Positions 30,388-40,546 of a stretch of DNA of 64,000 nt are shown piece by piece. Made by a program: the position numbers and the translations under genes. The notes beneath the pieces are model-generated. The model was not told where the DNA came from. It was given only the letters and a program-made list of their open reading frames with translations, and ran no database searches. This DNA comes from Bacteroidales bacterium UBA4333 (GTDB taxonomy: Bacteria; Bacteroidota; Bacteroidia; Bacteroidales; Paludibacteraceae): NCBI GenBank assembly GCA_002394335.1, contig DGTP01000014.1, positions 88,138-152,137 of the forward strand, written 5' to 3'. Numbering within the stretch: position 1 is the stretch's first letter; each line of letters opens with the position of its first letter.

Positions 30388-30903
30388 ATGGACTATTTTG
30401 TACACGAGTCGTCCTACGTGGACGAAGGATGCCAAATCGGCAAGGGCACCAAAATATGGCATTTCAGCCATATTATGTCGGGCTGCACGATAGGCGAAGA
30501 CTGTAATATCGGTCAGAATGTAGTCATCTCGCCCGACGTAGTATTGGGGCGTAACTGCAAGATCCAGAATAACGTCTCGGTCTATACCGGTGTGCGCTGT
30601 GAGGATGATGTTTTTCTTGGTCCCTCGATGGTTTTTACCAATGTGATCAACCCCCGTGCAGCCGTCAGCCGTAAGGACGAATACCGCCCGACAATCATTC
30701 ACCGTGGTGCCTCCGTCGGCGCGAATGCCACTATTGTCTGTGGCAATGAGTTAGGCGAGTATTGCCTCATCGGAGCCGGTTCGGTGGTGACCAAGGATGT
30801 GCCGCCATATGCTTTGATGGTAGGCAATCCCGCACGCCAAACAGGGTGGGTTAATGCCCATGGAGACAAGTGCGCTTCCCTTGAAGAAGCGATGAAAGGA
30901 TAA
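30388..30903 (+). CDS. Hexapeptide-repeat sugar N-acetyltransferase (WbpD/WlbB-like)
   Basis: Left-handed beta-helix repeats IGKGTKIWHFSHI..IGEDCNIGQNV..LGRNCKIQNNVSVY, then GASVGANATIVCG and VTKDVPPYALMVGNPARQTGWV. Confidence 0.7.
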   Translation: MDYFVHESSYVDEGCQIGKGTKIWHFSHIMSGCTIGEDCNIGQNVVISPDVVLGRNCKIQNNVSVYTGVRCEDDVFLGPSMVFTNVINPRAAVSRKDEYRPTIIHRGASVGANATIVCGNELGEYCLIGAGSVVTKDVPPYALMVGNPARQTGWVNAHGDKCASLEEAMKG

Positions 30904-30924
30904 ATTTGATATTTGAGATTTAGT

Positions 30925-31374
30925 ATGATACAGAGAATACAAACCCTTTATTTACTTTTGGTAGTGGCTTTGGGAGTCACATTGTGCTTTATGCCCGCAG
31001 TGGAGTTATATACCCTGACTCCGCCTAACCAAGTCTTCACCCTCGGCATGGTTTCCGACGTGCCTGCTGTTAGCGGCACTTGGGTGCTTTCTCTCACAAC
31101 GGTACTTATCCCGGTGCTTGCACTGGCGGATATCTTTCTGTTCAAGAAGCGAATCCTCCAGGCGCGCCTCAATATCTTCCAGGTATGTCTTTGTGCCGGA
31201 TACTACGCTATTATAGGCACCTTTGTCTGGTTTGCAAAGATGAACCTCAATGTGGACTGGCATGTCACTTTCTGGGCTGCAATACCGCTTATCTGTCTGG
31301 TGCTGACCCTGATGGCTACGCGCCGGATACTGAAGGATGAGGCACTCGTACGGGCAGCAGACCGCTTACGTTAA
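30925..31374 (+). CDS. Small 4-TM membrane protein (DUF4293-like)
   Basis: Begins MIQRIQTLYLLLV, as I recall for DUF4293. The first ATG is at 30925 (the tracked ORF starts at a TTG). Confidence 0.5.
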   Translation: MIQRIQTLYLLLVVALGVTLCFMPAVELYTLTPPNQVFTLGMVSDVPAVSGTWVLSLTTVLIPVLALADIFLFKKRILQARLNIFQVCLCAGYYAIIGTFVWFAKMNLNVDWHVTFWAAIPLICLVLTLMATRRILKDEALVRAADRLR

Positions 31375-31392
31375 ACCATAATACAAGGTTAT

Positions 31393-32400
31393 ATGATTTT
31401 ATTACAAGAATTAGGTATTACGCCTGAAGAGGCTGCTGAGAAGGCCCAGAAACTTTCTCCTGACTCGGTGCACCAGGCTGTGCAGACGGTAATCCAGCAA
31501 GTGCAGACCAACCCCGAAGGCTTCTGGCACTCGGCATTGCAGGATCTGACCACTTTCGGACTCAAGGTAGTGGCTGCGCTACTTATCTATTTTGTGGGTT
31601 CGTGGATCATCCGGTATATCAAACGTCTGATCATCCGTCTCTTTGAGCGTCGCAAGACCGAGCGTACCTTGGCGTCGTTCGTCTCCTCGCTGGTGTCGAT
31701 CACGCTTACGGTGATGCTCATTATTGCGACCATAGGTACCCTCGGTGTGGATACCACCTCTTTTGCCGCATTGCTCACCGCCGGCGGTATGGCTTTAGGT
31801 ATGGCGCTGTCGGGTACCGTGCAGAACTTCGCCGGAGGAATAATGCTTCTTATCTTCCGCCCGTTCAAGTCCGGCGACTATATCAAGGCACAGGGGGAAG
31901 AGGGTTTTGTGATAGAGGTTTCGATTGTCTCTACCAAGATCCTTACTTACGGCAACAAGGTTGTGATCCTGCCTAACGGAAACCTCTTTACCGGTAATAT
32001 AGAGAATATATCGGGTCAGGGCGTACTGCGTCTGGAGTGGCCGGTGAGTGTGGACTACGGCGTGGATGCCGCGGCGTGCAAGCAGACGATTCTGGAGATC
32101 ATGAAGTCCGATCCGCGCATCCTTTCCAACGAGACCTATCCGCCGCATACCGAGAAATCCAAAGGGCAAAAGAAAACACCTCTGGTAGATCCCGAAGGTG
32201 TCCGTAAAATCAGTTATGATCCCGTAGTAGTGCTTGACACGCTCAACTCCAATGATATCACTTTCCTTGCGCGAGGATGGGTGCATACCTCGGACTATTG
32301 GGGCGTCAAATATGACCTGACCGAGCGTTTCTATACAGAACTCCCGCCGAAGGGCTTTACTTTTGCTTATCCTCACATGGATGTGCAGATAAGGAGTTAA
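31393..32400 (+). CDS. Small-conductance mechanosensitive channel (MscS family)
   Basis: TM helices then GGMALGMALSGTVQNFAGGIMLLIFRPFKSGDYI and the beta-domain VVILPNGNLFTGNIENIS. Confidence 0.8.
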   Translation: MILLQELGITPEEAAEKAQKLSPDSVHQAVQTVIQQVQTNPEGFWHSALQDLTTFGLKVVAALLIYFVGSWIIRYIKRLIIRLFERRKTERTLASFVSSLVSITLTVMLIIATIGTLGVDTTSFAALLTAGGMALGMALSGTVQNFAGGIMLLIFRPFKSGDYIKAQGEEGFVIEVSIVSTKILTYGNKVVILPNGNLFTGNIENISGQGVLRLEWPVSVDYGVDAAACKQTILEIMKSDPRILSNETYPPHTEKSKGQKKTPLVDPEGVRKISYDPVVVLDTLNSNDITFLARGWVHTSDYWGVKYDLTERFYTELPPKGFTFAYPHMDVQIRS

Positions 32401-33394
32401 CCAACATTCCGCAGGCGGCGAGAATATCCTCGCCGCGACTGCGGCGGATGGTAGTGGTGATACCTTTCTCTGTGAGGTAGTCTCTGAGCCAGACCATTTG
32501 TTTTTCATCCGAGGGTTTGAACGCCTGATCAACGCCGGCGTGGAAGCGTATGAGGTTGATCCTGCAGTTCAGTCCCCTAAGCACTCTGACCAGTTCTTTT
32601 CCGTGGCGTACAGTGTCGTTCTGACCTCCAAAACAGATATACTCAAAACTCAGTCGCCGCTGGTGCCCCCAGTCGTACTGACGGAGCAGCTGGATCACTT
32701 GCTCCAGCGGATTGCTATGCTCTATGGGCATGATCTCTTTGCGCTCCACGGCAAAGGGGTTATGCAACGATATAGCCAAGTGGCACTCGCTTTCTTCCAA
32801 GAAGCGGCGGAGACCTTTGGTGTAGCCCACGCTCGATACTGTGATCCGGTGCGGACTCCAGCCGCACCCCCAGTCGGCGCACATGGTCTCTAATGACCGT
32901 AAGACCTCGTCGATATTATCCATCGGTTCCCCCTCGCCCATATAGACGAGGTTGGTCAGCTGCTCACTTTCCGGAATAGAGAAAATCTGGTTGAGTATCT
33001 CGCCTGCCGGCAGATGCCCGTGAAAACCGAGCGTGCCTGTCATGCAGAACTTGCATCCCATCTTGCATCCGGCTTGCGTGGATACACACAGTGTGGCGCG
33101 ATCCTCCTCCGGCAGAAAAACAGTCTCGATATACTGTTTGTCCCCCACCTCAAAGAGATATTTCTTGGTTCCGTCCACCGACTCGGCGTGCGCGACAGGA
33201 TCATGTCTGCCAATGGTGTACAGGGTCTTCAACGCCTCTCTGCCTTTGAGGGATATATTGGTCATCTCGTCAAAGCTTTTGGCACGCCGCTTGTACAGCC
33301 ATTCAGCCAGCTGTTTTCCTGCAAAACGAGGCAGCCCCACTGACAGGGCTACCTCTTGCAGTTCCATGATTGTTTTGCCCAGAAGGCTTACCAT
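32357..33394 (-). CDS. rlmN: 23S rRNA/tRNA adenine-C2 methyltransferase (radical SAM)
   Basis: [26 protein letters not shown] and [11 protein letters not shown]. The 3' end overlaps the mscS 3' end by 44 nt. Confidence 0.9.
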   Translation of the reverse strand: MVSLLGKTIMELQEVALSVGLPRFAGKQLAEWLYKRRAKSFDEMTNISLKGREALKTLYTIGRHDPVAHAESVDGTKKYLFEVGDKQYIETVFLPEEDRATLCVSTQAGCKMGCKFCMTGTLGFHGHLPAGEILNQIFSIPESEQLTNLVYMGEGEPMDNIDEVLRSLETMCADWGCGWSPHRITVSSVGYTKGLRRFLEESECHLAISLHNPFAVERKEIMPIEHSNPLEQVIQLLRQYDWGHQRRLSFEYICFGGQNDTVRHGKELVRVLRGLNCRINLIRFHAGVDQAFKPSDEKQMVWLRDYLTEKGITTTIRRSRGEDILAACGMLVNSLSAHPCEDKQK

Positions 33395-34668
33395 GCGAAT
33401 AATGGGTATTGGTTCATCTCTTTATTCACTTCGGCGCGCACTTTGGCGATTACTGCTTCCGATTCGGGCGCTTGGAGCACCTCGTCGATCAGTTCTACGA
33501 TCCAAGGCATCTTGTCCTCCTTCAGTCCGCGGGTGGTGATGGCAGGTGTGCCAAAGCGCAGTCCCGAAGTCTGGAAAGCCGAACGGCTGTCGAACGGCAC
33601 CATGTTCTTGTTGGTGGTGATGTCCGCCGACACTAAGGCTTTCTCTGCCACTTTTCCTGTCAGATCAGGGTATTTCGTGCGCAGGTCGATCAGCATGGAG
33701 TGGTTGTCCGTACCGCCTGAGATGACTTTGTATCCCTTGTCCATAAAGGCTGCAGCCATCACGGCGGCGTTTTTCTTCACCTGCTGTTGGTAGGTCTTGA
33801 AATCCTCAGTCAGAGCTTCTCCGAAAGCTACTGCCTTGGCAGCTATCACGTGCTCCAACGGACCGCCTTGCGTGCCGGGGAAAACGGCAGAGTCGAGTAG
33901 GGCACTCATCTTCTTGATTTCCCCCTTCGGAGTGGTCTTGCCCCAGGGGTTGTCAAAATCCTTGCCCATGAGGATAATACCTCCGCGCGGACCGCGAAGC
34001 GTCTTGTGCGTAGTGCTGGTGACAATATGGGCATATTTAAGCGGGTTGTCAAGCAAACCGGCCGCTATCAGTCCAGCAGGATGAGCCATATCCACCATAA
34101 AGATTGCACCTATCTCATCCGCTACACGGCGTATGCGCGCGTAATCCCATTCTCTACTATAGGCACTTGCGCCGGCGATAATCAGCTTCGGCTTGTGGGT
34201 ACGCGCTTTCATCTCCAGATCATCGTAATCCACCCGTCCTGTTTCTTCGTCCAGGTCATAACCGATGGCATTGAACATCAGACCGCTGAAGTTGACCGCA
34301 GAACCGTGACTGAGGTGACCACCGTGGCTCAGGTTCAGACCCATGAATGTGTCACCGGCTTTCAGACAAGCCATAAACACCGCCATGTTAGCCTGTGCAC
34401 CCGAATGCGGCTGTACGTTCACATATTCGGCACCATACAACTTTTTCAGTCTTGCTCGAGCCACATCCTCCGCGATGTCCACTACCTCGCATCCGCCGTA
34501 ATAGCGGTGACCGGGGTATCCCTCAGCGTACTTGTTGGTAAGCACACTGCCCATGGCTTCCATCACCTGGTCGCTTACAAAATTCTCACTGGCTATCAAC
34601 TCGATGCCTTTTGTCTGACGCTCGCGCTCGCGGCGGATGAGGTCAAAAATCTCAATGTCTCGTTTCAT
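33388..34668 (-). CDS. glyA: Serine hydroxymethyltransferase
   Basis: [20 protein letters not shown] and [14 protein letters not shown] (PLP lysine). Confidence 0.95.
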   Translation of the reverse strand: MKRDIEIFDLIRRERERQTKGIELIASENFVSDQVMEAMGSVLTNKYAEGYPGHRYYGGCEVVDIAEDVARARLKKLYGAEYVNVQPHSGAQANMAVFMACLKAGDTFMGLNLSHGGHLSHGSAVNFSGLMFNAIGYDLDEETGRVDYDDLEMKARTHKPKLIIAGASAYSREWDYARIRRVADEIGAIFMVDMAHPAGLIAAGLLDNPLKYAHIVTSTTHKTLRGPRGGIILMGKDFDNPWGKTTPKGEIKKMSALLDSAVFPGTQGGPLEHVIAAKAVAFGEALTEDFKTYQQQVKKNAAVMAAAFMDKGYKVISGGTDNHSMLIDLRTKYPDLTGKVAEKALVSADITTNKNMVPFDSRSAFQTSGLRFGTPAITTRGLKEDKMPWIVELIDEVLQAPESEAVIAKVRAEVNKEMNQYPLFAW

Positions 34669-34707
34669 GGATAAGATGTTATCTGTTGATTTTTATAAAA
34701 TTTGGTG

Positions 34708-34739
34708 CAAATATACTACATTTTTTGGAGATGTGCAAA
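34708..34739 (-). promoter_or_regulatory. glyA promoter (-7 TATATTTG, -33 TTTG on the minus strand)
   Basis: Plus strand has caaatata at 34708-34715 and caaa at 34736-34739 (20-nt spacing). It interleaves with the divergent fbp promoter. Confidence 0.5.
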
Positions 34740-34755
34740 TTTTTTTGTACCTTTG
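34724..34755 (+). promoter_or_regulatory. fbp promoter (-33 TTTG 34724, -7 TACCTTTG 34748-34755)
   Basis: ttttttgtacctttgcgcc. The same box recurs at 40509. Confidence 0.55.
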
Positions 34756-34780
34756 CGCCAAAATTCGTGAAATATATACC

Positions 34781-36772
34781 ATGGCTCAATTTAGTGACCG
34801 ATATTTGCGTCTGCTTGCAGAGAAGTTTCCTGATCATAGCGCAGTGACAACCGAGATCATCAACCTTAGTGCCATCCTCAGTCTCCCCAAAGGGACGGAG
34901 CACTTCGTCAGCGATCTTCACGGCGAGTCAAGCGCTTTCATTCACATGATTAAAAACGCTTCGGGCGTAGTGCGCCGTAAAGTGGACGACCTCTATCCCG
35001 ACCTGGCGGAGGAGGAGAAACGTGCCCTATGTGCACTGATCTACTATCCGGACGAGCGCATCGAGTTGGTCAAGCGTCTTTGCGAGGGGGATACCGTTCC
35101 TCCGTTCAGCGAAGGTTTCAGTTTCTCCTCCATCGGAGAATGGTACCGTCACCGTCTCCGCCAGGAAGTGGAGGTGGCGCGTGCCGTGACAGTCAAATAC
35201 AGCCGCTCGAAGGTCCGCAAAATGCTGCCGAAAGAGTACAGTTATATCATCGAAGAACTGCTTCATGAATCCAGTCTCGAGCAGCGCGACCGCAACACCT
35301 ATTACAATGCCATCATCAATGCGATCATAGAGACCAATGCGGCGGAGCAGCTGCTTATCGCTATTTCCTATCTCATCCATTGCCTTACCATTGACACCCT
35401 GCACGTAGTGGGGGATATATACGACCGCGGCTCAGGAGCCTCCAAGATCATGGATGTTCTTTCTACTGTCCGCGACTATGATATCCAGTGGGGAAACCAT
35501 GACATCGAGTGGATGGGAGCGATGTTAGGCAACCCGGCTTTGATAGCTACGGTACTGCGTGTGTCCATCCGCTATGCCAATATAGAGACCCTGGAAGAGG
35601 GATACGGCATAAACCTCCTGCCGCTGGCGAATTTTGCCATGGAGACCTACGGTGATGACCCGTGCACTATCTGGCAGACACGTGATTTTGAGAACAACCC
35701 GCGTCTCACCCGTTCCGCCCAGCTTATGGCAAAGATGCACAAAGCGATCTCTATCATCCAGTTCAAACTCGAAGGTCAGACAGTCCGCCGCCACCCCGAA
35801 TGGGGGATGGATCACAGGCTGGTGCTGGATAAGATTGACCTTGAGAAAGGGACAGTGCAACTCCGTTGTGGTGAGGCTTCATCCTCGCAGACATATTCAT
35901 TGCTTGATACCAACCTGCCGACACTCAACCCCGATGATCCGTATGCCCTCAGTGTTGAGGAACAGGATCTGATGAACCAGTTAGCGCGCTCTTTCCGCAA
36001 GTCGGAAAAGATGCAGAAACACCTGAGGATGCTGTATAAGCACGGTTCCCTGCATCTGGTGCGGAACGGTTTTCTGCTCTACCACGCATCCATTCCTCTC
36101 AATGCCGACGGCTCGTTCAGGGAAGTGAATGTCTGCGGCGAGAAGTGTTCCGGCAGACGGCTCATGGAGCGTATCGACGAAGTCGTGCGGGAGGCATATT
36201 ACGGCGTGGGAGAAGCCAAGCAGAACGCTCTGGATTACCTTCTTTATCTATGGGAAGGCGAAGACTCACCGCTTTACGACAAGGACAAGATGACAACCTT
36301 CGAGCGCTATTTCATTGCCGACAAGTCCACCTGGGAGGAGAAGAAAGGGGCATATTACGAACTTGCGAACAGGCAAGATATCTGTGAGAAGATCCTTCTT
36401 GAGTTCGGTCTGTCACCCGAAACGGGACGCATTATAAACGGGCATATACCGGTGCGCACGATCAAAGGGGAGACGCCTATCCGCGCCAACGGCAGACGAT
36501 TTGTTATCGACGGCGGCTTCAGCAAGCCATACCAGGAGAAAACAGGTATTGCCGGCTATACCCTAATCTACAACAGCCACGGAATCCAACTTGTAGAACA
36601 CGAGTCATTTGAATCGCGCGAGCAAGCTATTCTCTCCGGCAGTGATATTCATAGTCGTGCGATGCTGGAGGATTTCAGCGAGCACCGGCTCCATGTACGC
36701 GACACCGACCGTGGTGCCGAACTTCAGGAACGTGTCGATGCTCTCCGGCAATTACTGCAAAAATGGTCTTAA
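34781..36772 (+). CDS. fbp: Class 3 fructose-1,6-bisphosphatase
   Basis: MAQFSDRYLRLLAEKFPDHSAVTTEIINLSAILSLPKGTEHFVSDLHGE and VGDIYDRGSGASKIMD..WGNHD (metallophosphatase). The 48 upstream codons of the tracked ORF cover the promoter. Confidence 0.9.
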   Translation: MAQFSDRYLRLLAEKFPDHSAVTTEIINLSAILSLPKGTEHFVSDLHGESSAFIHMIKNASGVVRRKVDDLYPDLAEEEKRALCALIYYPDERIELVKRLCEGDTVPPFSEGFSFSSIGEWYRHRLRQEVEVARAVTVKYSRSKVRKMLPKEYSYIIEELLHESSLEQRDRNTYYNAIINAIIETNAAEQLLIAISYLIHCLTIDTLHVVGDIYDRGSGASKIMDVLSTVRDYDIQWGNHDIEWMGAMLGNPALIATVLRVSIRYANIETLEEGYGINLLPLANFAMETYGDDPCTIWQTRDFENNPRLTRSAQLMAKMHKAISIIQFKLEGQTVRRHPEWGMDHRLVLDKIDLEKGTVQLRCGEASSSQTYSLLDTNLPTLNPDDPYALSVEEQDLMNQLARSFRKSEKMQKHLRMLYKHGSLHLVRNGFLLYHASIPLNADGSFREVNVCGEKCSGRRLMERIDEVVREAYYGVGEAKQNALDYLLYLWEGEDSPLYDKDKMTTFERYFIADKSTWEEKKGAYYELANRQDICEKILLEFGLSPETGRIINGHIPVRTIKGETPIRANGRRFVIDGGFSKPYQEKTGIAGYTLIYNSHGIQLVEHESFESREQAILSGSDIHSRAMLEDFSEHRLHVRDTDRGAELQERVDALRQLLQKWS

Positions 36773-36815
36773 TCCCCTTAATTTTGCTTCAAAGGAAGAA
36801 AAAAATGCAAAAAAA

Positions 36816-36847
36816 TTTGCGTATTCCAAAAAAATGTCGTAACTTTG
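36816..36847 (+). promoter_or_regulatory. Promoter for yceD-rpmF (-7 TAACTTTG 36840-36847)
   Basis: tttgcgtattccaaaaaaatgtcgtaactttgcagcc. Confidence 0.55.
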
Positions 36848-36873
36848 CAGCCGTTTTTGTGATTTAGGAAACT

Positions 36874-37335
36874 ATGGTAATGCGCCTCACATCTACTCAA
36901 GTGGATCTGTCCACCCTTAAGACAGGGCAGTATGAGCTTGATTATGAGCTGGATAGCGACTATCTGGCAGGGCAGGAGGCTACCGAACTCTTAGGCGGGC
37001 ATATCAAGGCAACTGCCCGTTTGGATTTGCGCGAAAGAGACTTTGACCTCTACATTGAAGAGAAAGGCGAAGTTCAAGTAGCATGCGATAGATGTCTGGA
37101 GCCGGTTTCTATCGCGGTGGAAAACGGGGAAATGATTGATATAGACGAGGATGAGTCGGATGAACAGCAGCCTTCGGGCAAAACGCTCGACCTCCAATGG
37201 CTCGCATATGAAATGATAATTGTCAACCTTCCTTTGGTGCATAGTCACCCAGAAGGTGAGTGTAACCCGCAGATGCAGGATCTTCTCCAAGCTCACCTTT
37301 GTAGCACCTTACCGGAAGAGCCCGAAGATAATTAA
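36874..37335 (+). CDS. DUF177/YceD-family protein
   Basis: 153-aa acidic protein with CDRCLEPV, directly upstream of rpmF (the conserved yceD-rpmF arrangement). Confidence 0.65.
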   Translation: MVMRLTSTQVDLSTLKTGQYELDYELDSDYLAGQEATELLGGHIKATARLDLRERDFDLYIEEKGEVQVACDRCLEPVSIAVENGEMIDIDEDESDEQQPSGKTLDLQWLAYEMIIVNLPLVHSHPEGECNPQMQDLLQAHLCSTLPEEPEDN

Positions 37336-37376
37336 ATGATAAAATATATTGTAAAAATTTTAAAAGTTAAATAACT

Positions 37377-37562
37377 ATGGCACATCCTAAAAGAAGACAA
37401 TCGCACACCAGACAAGCGAAACGTCGTACCCATGACAAAGCCAAGATGCCGACACTGGCAATCTGCCCGAACTGCGGTGCACACTACATTTATCACACTG
37501 TATGCCCGAGCTGCGGTTACTATCGTGGCAAGTTAGCTATCGAGCAGGCTCAGGAGGCTTAA
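37377..37562 (+). CDS. rpmF: 50S ribosomal protein L32
   Basis: MAHPKRRQSHTRQAKRRTHDKA ... CPNCG...CPSCGYY. Confidence 0.95.
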   Translation: MAHPKRRQSHTRQAKRRTHDKAKMPTLAICPNCGAHYIYHTVCPSCGYYRGKLAIEQAQEA

Positions 37563-37587
37563 TTGGGGAACAATTTTTACTCAAGTA

Positions 37588-37629
37588 TAGGCTTCCTCTC
37601 CTGTTTGTGGGAGGAGCCTATCTTTTTTT
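37588..37629 (+). terminator. Rho-independent terminator after rpmF
   Basis: taggcttcctctcc / gggaggagccta (12 bp with two 1-nt bulges) followed by tcttttttta. Confidence 0.65.
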
Positions 37630-37673
37630 AATCTTTTTCAGCCCGTGAGGGTGCAAAAATCATTTTTTCTATA

Positions 37674-38738
37674 ATGTACGATAACCAAACACCCCGTCGT
37701 CCGGGGGGATTCAGTTCTGAATCATCCGACCGTAAAAGACCTCGTTTCAACGCATCGGAGCGACCTCGTTTCAACGCATCCGAGCGTCCCCGTTTCAATG
37801 CTTCCGAGCGTCCCCATTTCAATGAATTCCGTCCTCGCACAGAGGATGGCGAGCGGCGTCAGCGTCCCCGTGTGGGAGACAGCCGTTTTGACAACAGCGA
37901 AAACCGTACCAAACGCCCGCGCATGGGCGCTACTACCGAAGATCGCCCCCGCGTGAAACGCAACAGCGGACTCTATTCGCAACGCAAACAGCAGGCTTAT
38001 CAGGAGAAATACGAGGATCCGACCAAACCTATCCGCCTTAACAAATATCTTGCCAACGCCGGTGTATGTTCCCGTCGTGAGGCAGATGATTTCATATTGG
38101 CAGGTGTTATCTCCGTCAACGGAGAAGTAGTGGACTCTCTCGGCGCCAAAGTGCTGCCGACCGACAAGGTTATGTTCCATAACCAGCCGGTGCACCGTGA
38201 GCGCAAAGTTTATATCCTGCTCAACAAGCCCAAGAATACCGTCACTACCACCGATGACCCGCAAGAGCGCAAAACAGTAATCGACATCGTCCGTAACGCC
38301 TGCGCCGAGCGTATCTATCCCGTCGGTCGTCTTGACCGTAATACCACCGGCGTACTGCTTCTTACCAACGACGGTGATCTCGCAGCGAGACTCACCCATC
38401 CTAAGTTCGGCAAGAAGAAGATCTATGCCGCTACACTCGACCATGACCTCGAAGAAGTGGACGAAGCCATTCTCCGTAATGGTATTGTCCTCGATGACGA
38501 GCGTATCGTTCCCGATGCACTGGAGTTCCCCAAAGACGACCGTCGCCATATAGGGCTTGAGATCCACTCCGGACAAAACCGCGTCGTTCGCCGTATGTTC
38601 GAGAAAGTGGGATACAAAGTAGTGAACCTTGACCGCGTCAGCTTCTGCGGTCTTACGAAGAAGAAAGTGGCGCGCGGCAAATACCGTTTCCTTACCCCGA
38701 AAGAGGTGGCAATGCTCCAAATGGGCGCTTTTGAGTAA
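37674..38738 (+). CDS. rRNA pseudouridine synthase (RluB/RsuA family) with a repeat-rich basic N-terminal extension
   Basis: S4 domain IRLNKYLANAGVCSRREADDFI, catalytic PVGRLDRNTTGVLLLTNDG. The N-terminus carries SERPRFNA repeats. Confidence 0.82.
   Translation: MYDNQTPRRPGGFSSESSDRKRPRFNASERPRFNASERPRFNASERPHFNEFRPRTEDGERRQRPRVGDSRFDNSENRTKRPRMGATTEDRPRVKRNSGLYSQRKQQAYQEKYEDPTKPIRLNKYLANAGVCSRREADDFILAGVISVNGEVVDSLGAKVLPTDKVMFHNQPVHRERKVYILLNKPKNTVTTTDDPQERKTVIDIVRNACAERIYPVGRLDRNTTGVLLLTNDGDLAARLTHPKFGKKKIYAATLDHDLEEVDEAILRNGIVLDDERIVPDALEFPKDDRRHIGLEIHSGQNRVVRRMFEKVGYKVVNLDRVSFCGLTKKKVARGKYRFLTPKEVAMLQMGAFE
37740..37830 (+). repeat. 24-nt tandem repeat x3.8 (cctcgtttcaacgcatcggagcga) encoding (RPRFNASE)n
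   Basis: Read directly. The units diverge at a few third positions. Confidence 0.8.
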
Positions 38739-40201
38739 TGACCATCGGATTTGACAATGAGCAATACATCCGCATCCAGTCGGAGCATATCCGGGAGCGT
38801 ATAGCGGCGTTTGGCAACAAACTCTATCTTGAGTTTGGCGGCAAACTCTTCGACGACTACCACGCCAGCCGTGTTCTGCCGGGTTTCAAGCCTGACAGCA
38901 AGTTAGCGATGCTTACACAGTTGCGTGACCGCCTTGAGATCATTATTGTCATTTCCGCTCTGGACATAGAGAAGAATAAAGTCCGTCAGGACCTGGGTAT
39001 CACCTATGACGAGGACGTCCTGCGTCTGCGCGAAGAGTTCATGGCGCGGGATTTTCTCGTTTCATCGGTGGTGATCACCCACTATTCGGGACAGCGTTCT
39101 GCGGACGCCTACCGGATGCGTCTCGAACGTCAGGGTATCCGTGTCTATTATCATTACACCATCGACGGCTATCCGCATAATGTCGAGCTCATCGCTTCCG
39201 ATGAGGGTTTCGGCAAAAACGATTTTGTGCCGACCTCCCGTGAGTTGGTGGTTGTTACCGCTCCGGGACCGGGAAGCGGCAAGATGGCAGTGTGTCTGAG
39301 CCAGTTGTACAACGAACACGCCCGCGGACGGAATGCAGGATACGCGAAGTTTGAGACTTTCCCTGTCTGGAACCTGCCGCTCAAACACCCTGTGAACGTG
39401 GCTTACGAAGCCGCTACCGCCGACCTCAACGACGTGAACATGATTGACCCGTTCCATCTGGAAGCATACCAGAAGACGGCTGTCAATTATAACCGCGACA
39501 TAGAGATTTATCCTGTGCTCGATGCACTGTTTACTTCCATCCACGGCTCTAATCCATACAAGTCTCCTACGGACATGGGGGTTAATATGGTGGGTTTCTG
39601 TATCAGCGACGAAGAGGTCTGCAAGGAGGCCAGCAAACAGGAGATCATCCGCCGCTATTTTGCGGCTCTCAACCGTCTCGCCAAAGGCGACTGCAACGAC
39701 CAGGAGATCAAGAAACTGGCAATGCTGCAGAAGCAGGTAGGTATCAATACCGCCTACAGGCGGACAACCGTTGCCGCACGTGAACGCAAAGAGCAGTCTC
39801 TGGGCAATGCTTCCGCGGCAATCGAACTTCCGGACGGAACCATTATTACGGCGGAGGCTTCGGCACTCTTGGGTTCTTCGGCTGCTCTGCTGCTTAATGT
39901 TATCAAACATATAGCGGGCATCGACCACCACGAGCGGCTCCTTCCGGCGAATATGATCGAGCCGATCCAACACACCAAAATCTCTTTCCTCCACGGCAGA
40001 AACCCGCGTCTCCACACCGATGAGGTCCTGGTGGCTCTTTCTGTCCGTTCACTCCAGGACGACAACTGCCGGCGCGCTCTTGAAGCACTGCCGATGCTCA
40101 ACGGTTGTCAGATGCACTCTACGGTCATGCTCAGCGAAGTGGACACCAAGACATTCAAGAAACTTGGTGTTGATCTGACCTGCGATCCTTCCAGATCCTA
40201 A
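38738..40201 (+). CDS. DUF1846 / UPF0371 family protein
   Basis: MTIGFDNEQYIRIQSEHIRERI...YLEFGGKLFDDYHASRVLPGF matches my recollection of the UPF0371 N-terminus. TAATG overlap with the previous gene. Confidence 0.65.
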   Translation: MTIGFDNEQYIRIQSEHIRERIAAFGNKLYLEFGGKLFDDYHASRVLPGFKPDSKLAMLTQLRDRLEIIIVISALDIEKNKVRQDLGITYDEDVLRLREEFMARDFLVSSVVITHYSGQRSADAYRMRLERQGIRVYYHYTIDGYPHNVELIASDEGFGKNDFVPTSRELVVVTAPGPGSGKMAVCLSQLYNEHARGRNAGYAKFETFPVWNLPLKHPVNVAYEAATADLNDVNMIDPFHLEAYQKTAVNYNRDIEIYPVLDALFTSIHGSNPYKSPTDMGVNMVGFCISDEEVCKEASKQEIIRRYFAALNRLAKGDCNDQEIKKLAMLQKQVGINTAYRRTTVAARERKEQSLGNASAAIELPDGTIITAEASALLGSSAALLLNVIKHIAGIDHHERLLPANMIEPIQHTKISFLHGRNPRLHTDEVLVALSVRSLQDDNCRRALEALPMLNGCQMHSTVMLSEVDTKTFKKLGVDLTCDPSRS

Positions 40202-40223
40202 GTTTATTATAGTTTTGTTCTTT

Positions 40224-40251
40224 CTGTCTGTCAAGGTTGTCAGACAGTTTT
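40224..40251 (+). terminator. Terminator hairpin after the DUF1846 gene
   Basis: ctgtctgtcaa / ttgtcagacag (one mismatch) followed by tttt. Confidence 0.5.
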
Positions 40252-40484
40252 CCGTACAGGCAGTACCCGGCATATTGGTTGCCGATACTCTTTACATACC
40301 CCTTACAATGGATAACAAATCACTAAGAATCTCCAAGAACAACTAACGTTGAATTTTTGAACAGAGCGTTCGAAAAATTGGCGAATGCCAGGCGATAAAA
40401 ATGTCAGGTAATAAAAAATGGCATGGCATAAATGGCAGAATAATTCCCGGATTTGAAAGTATTACTCTAAAAAACGAAGTTTTA

Positions 40485-40516
40485 TTTGCATATATGCGTT
40501 TTTTTTTGTACCTTTG
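40485..40516 (+). promoter_or_regulatory. Promoter of the polysaccharide export operon (-7 TACCTTTG 40509-40516)
   Basis: atttgcatatatgcgtttttttttgtacctttgcgccc, 31 nt before the ATG. Confidence 0.55.
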
Positions 40517-40546
40517 CGCCCGAATTGAAATAAATGCATTTAAGAT

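Noticed and set aside
34637-34780. 48-codon 5' extension of the fbp ORF. Similar cases: 45601-45891 for the esterase and 55793-55831 for the kinase.
   Set aside because: The extensions run across promoter boxes or the preceding gene. Internal ATGs give native-looking N-termini (a signal peptide in the esterase case).
40380-40470. Possible phased AAATGNCAG-like motifs upstream of the export operon.
   Set aside because: Only three loose copies with irregular spacing (about 17 and 13 nt). Too weak to call.
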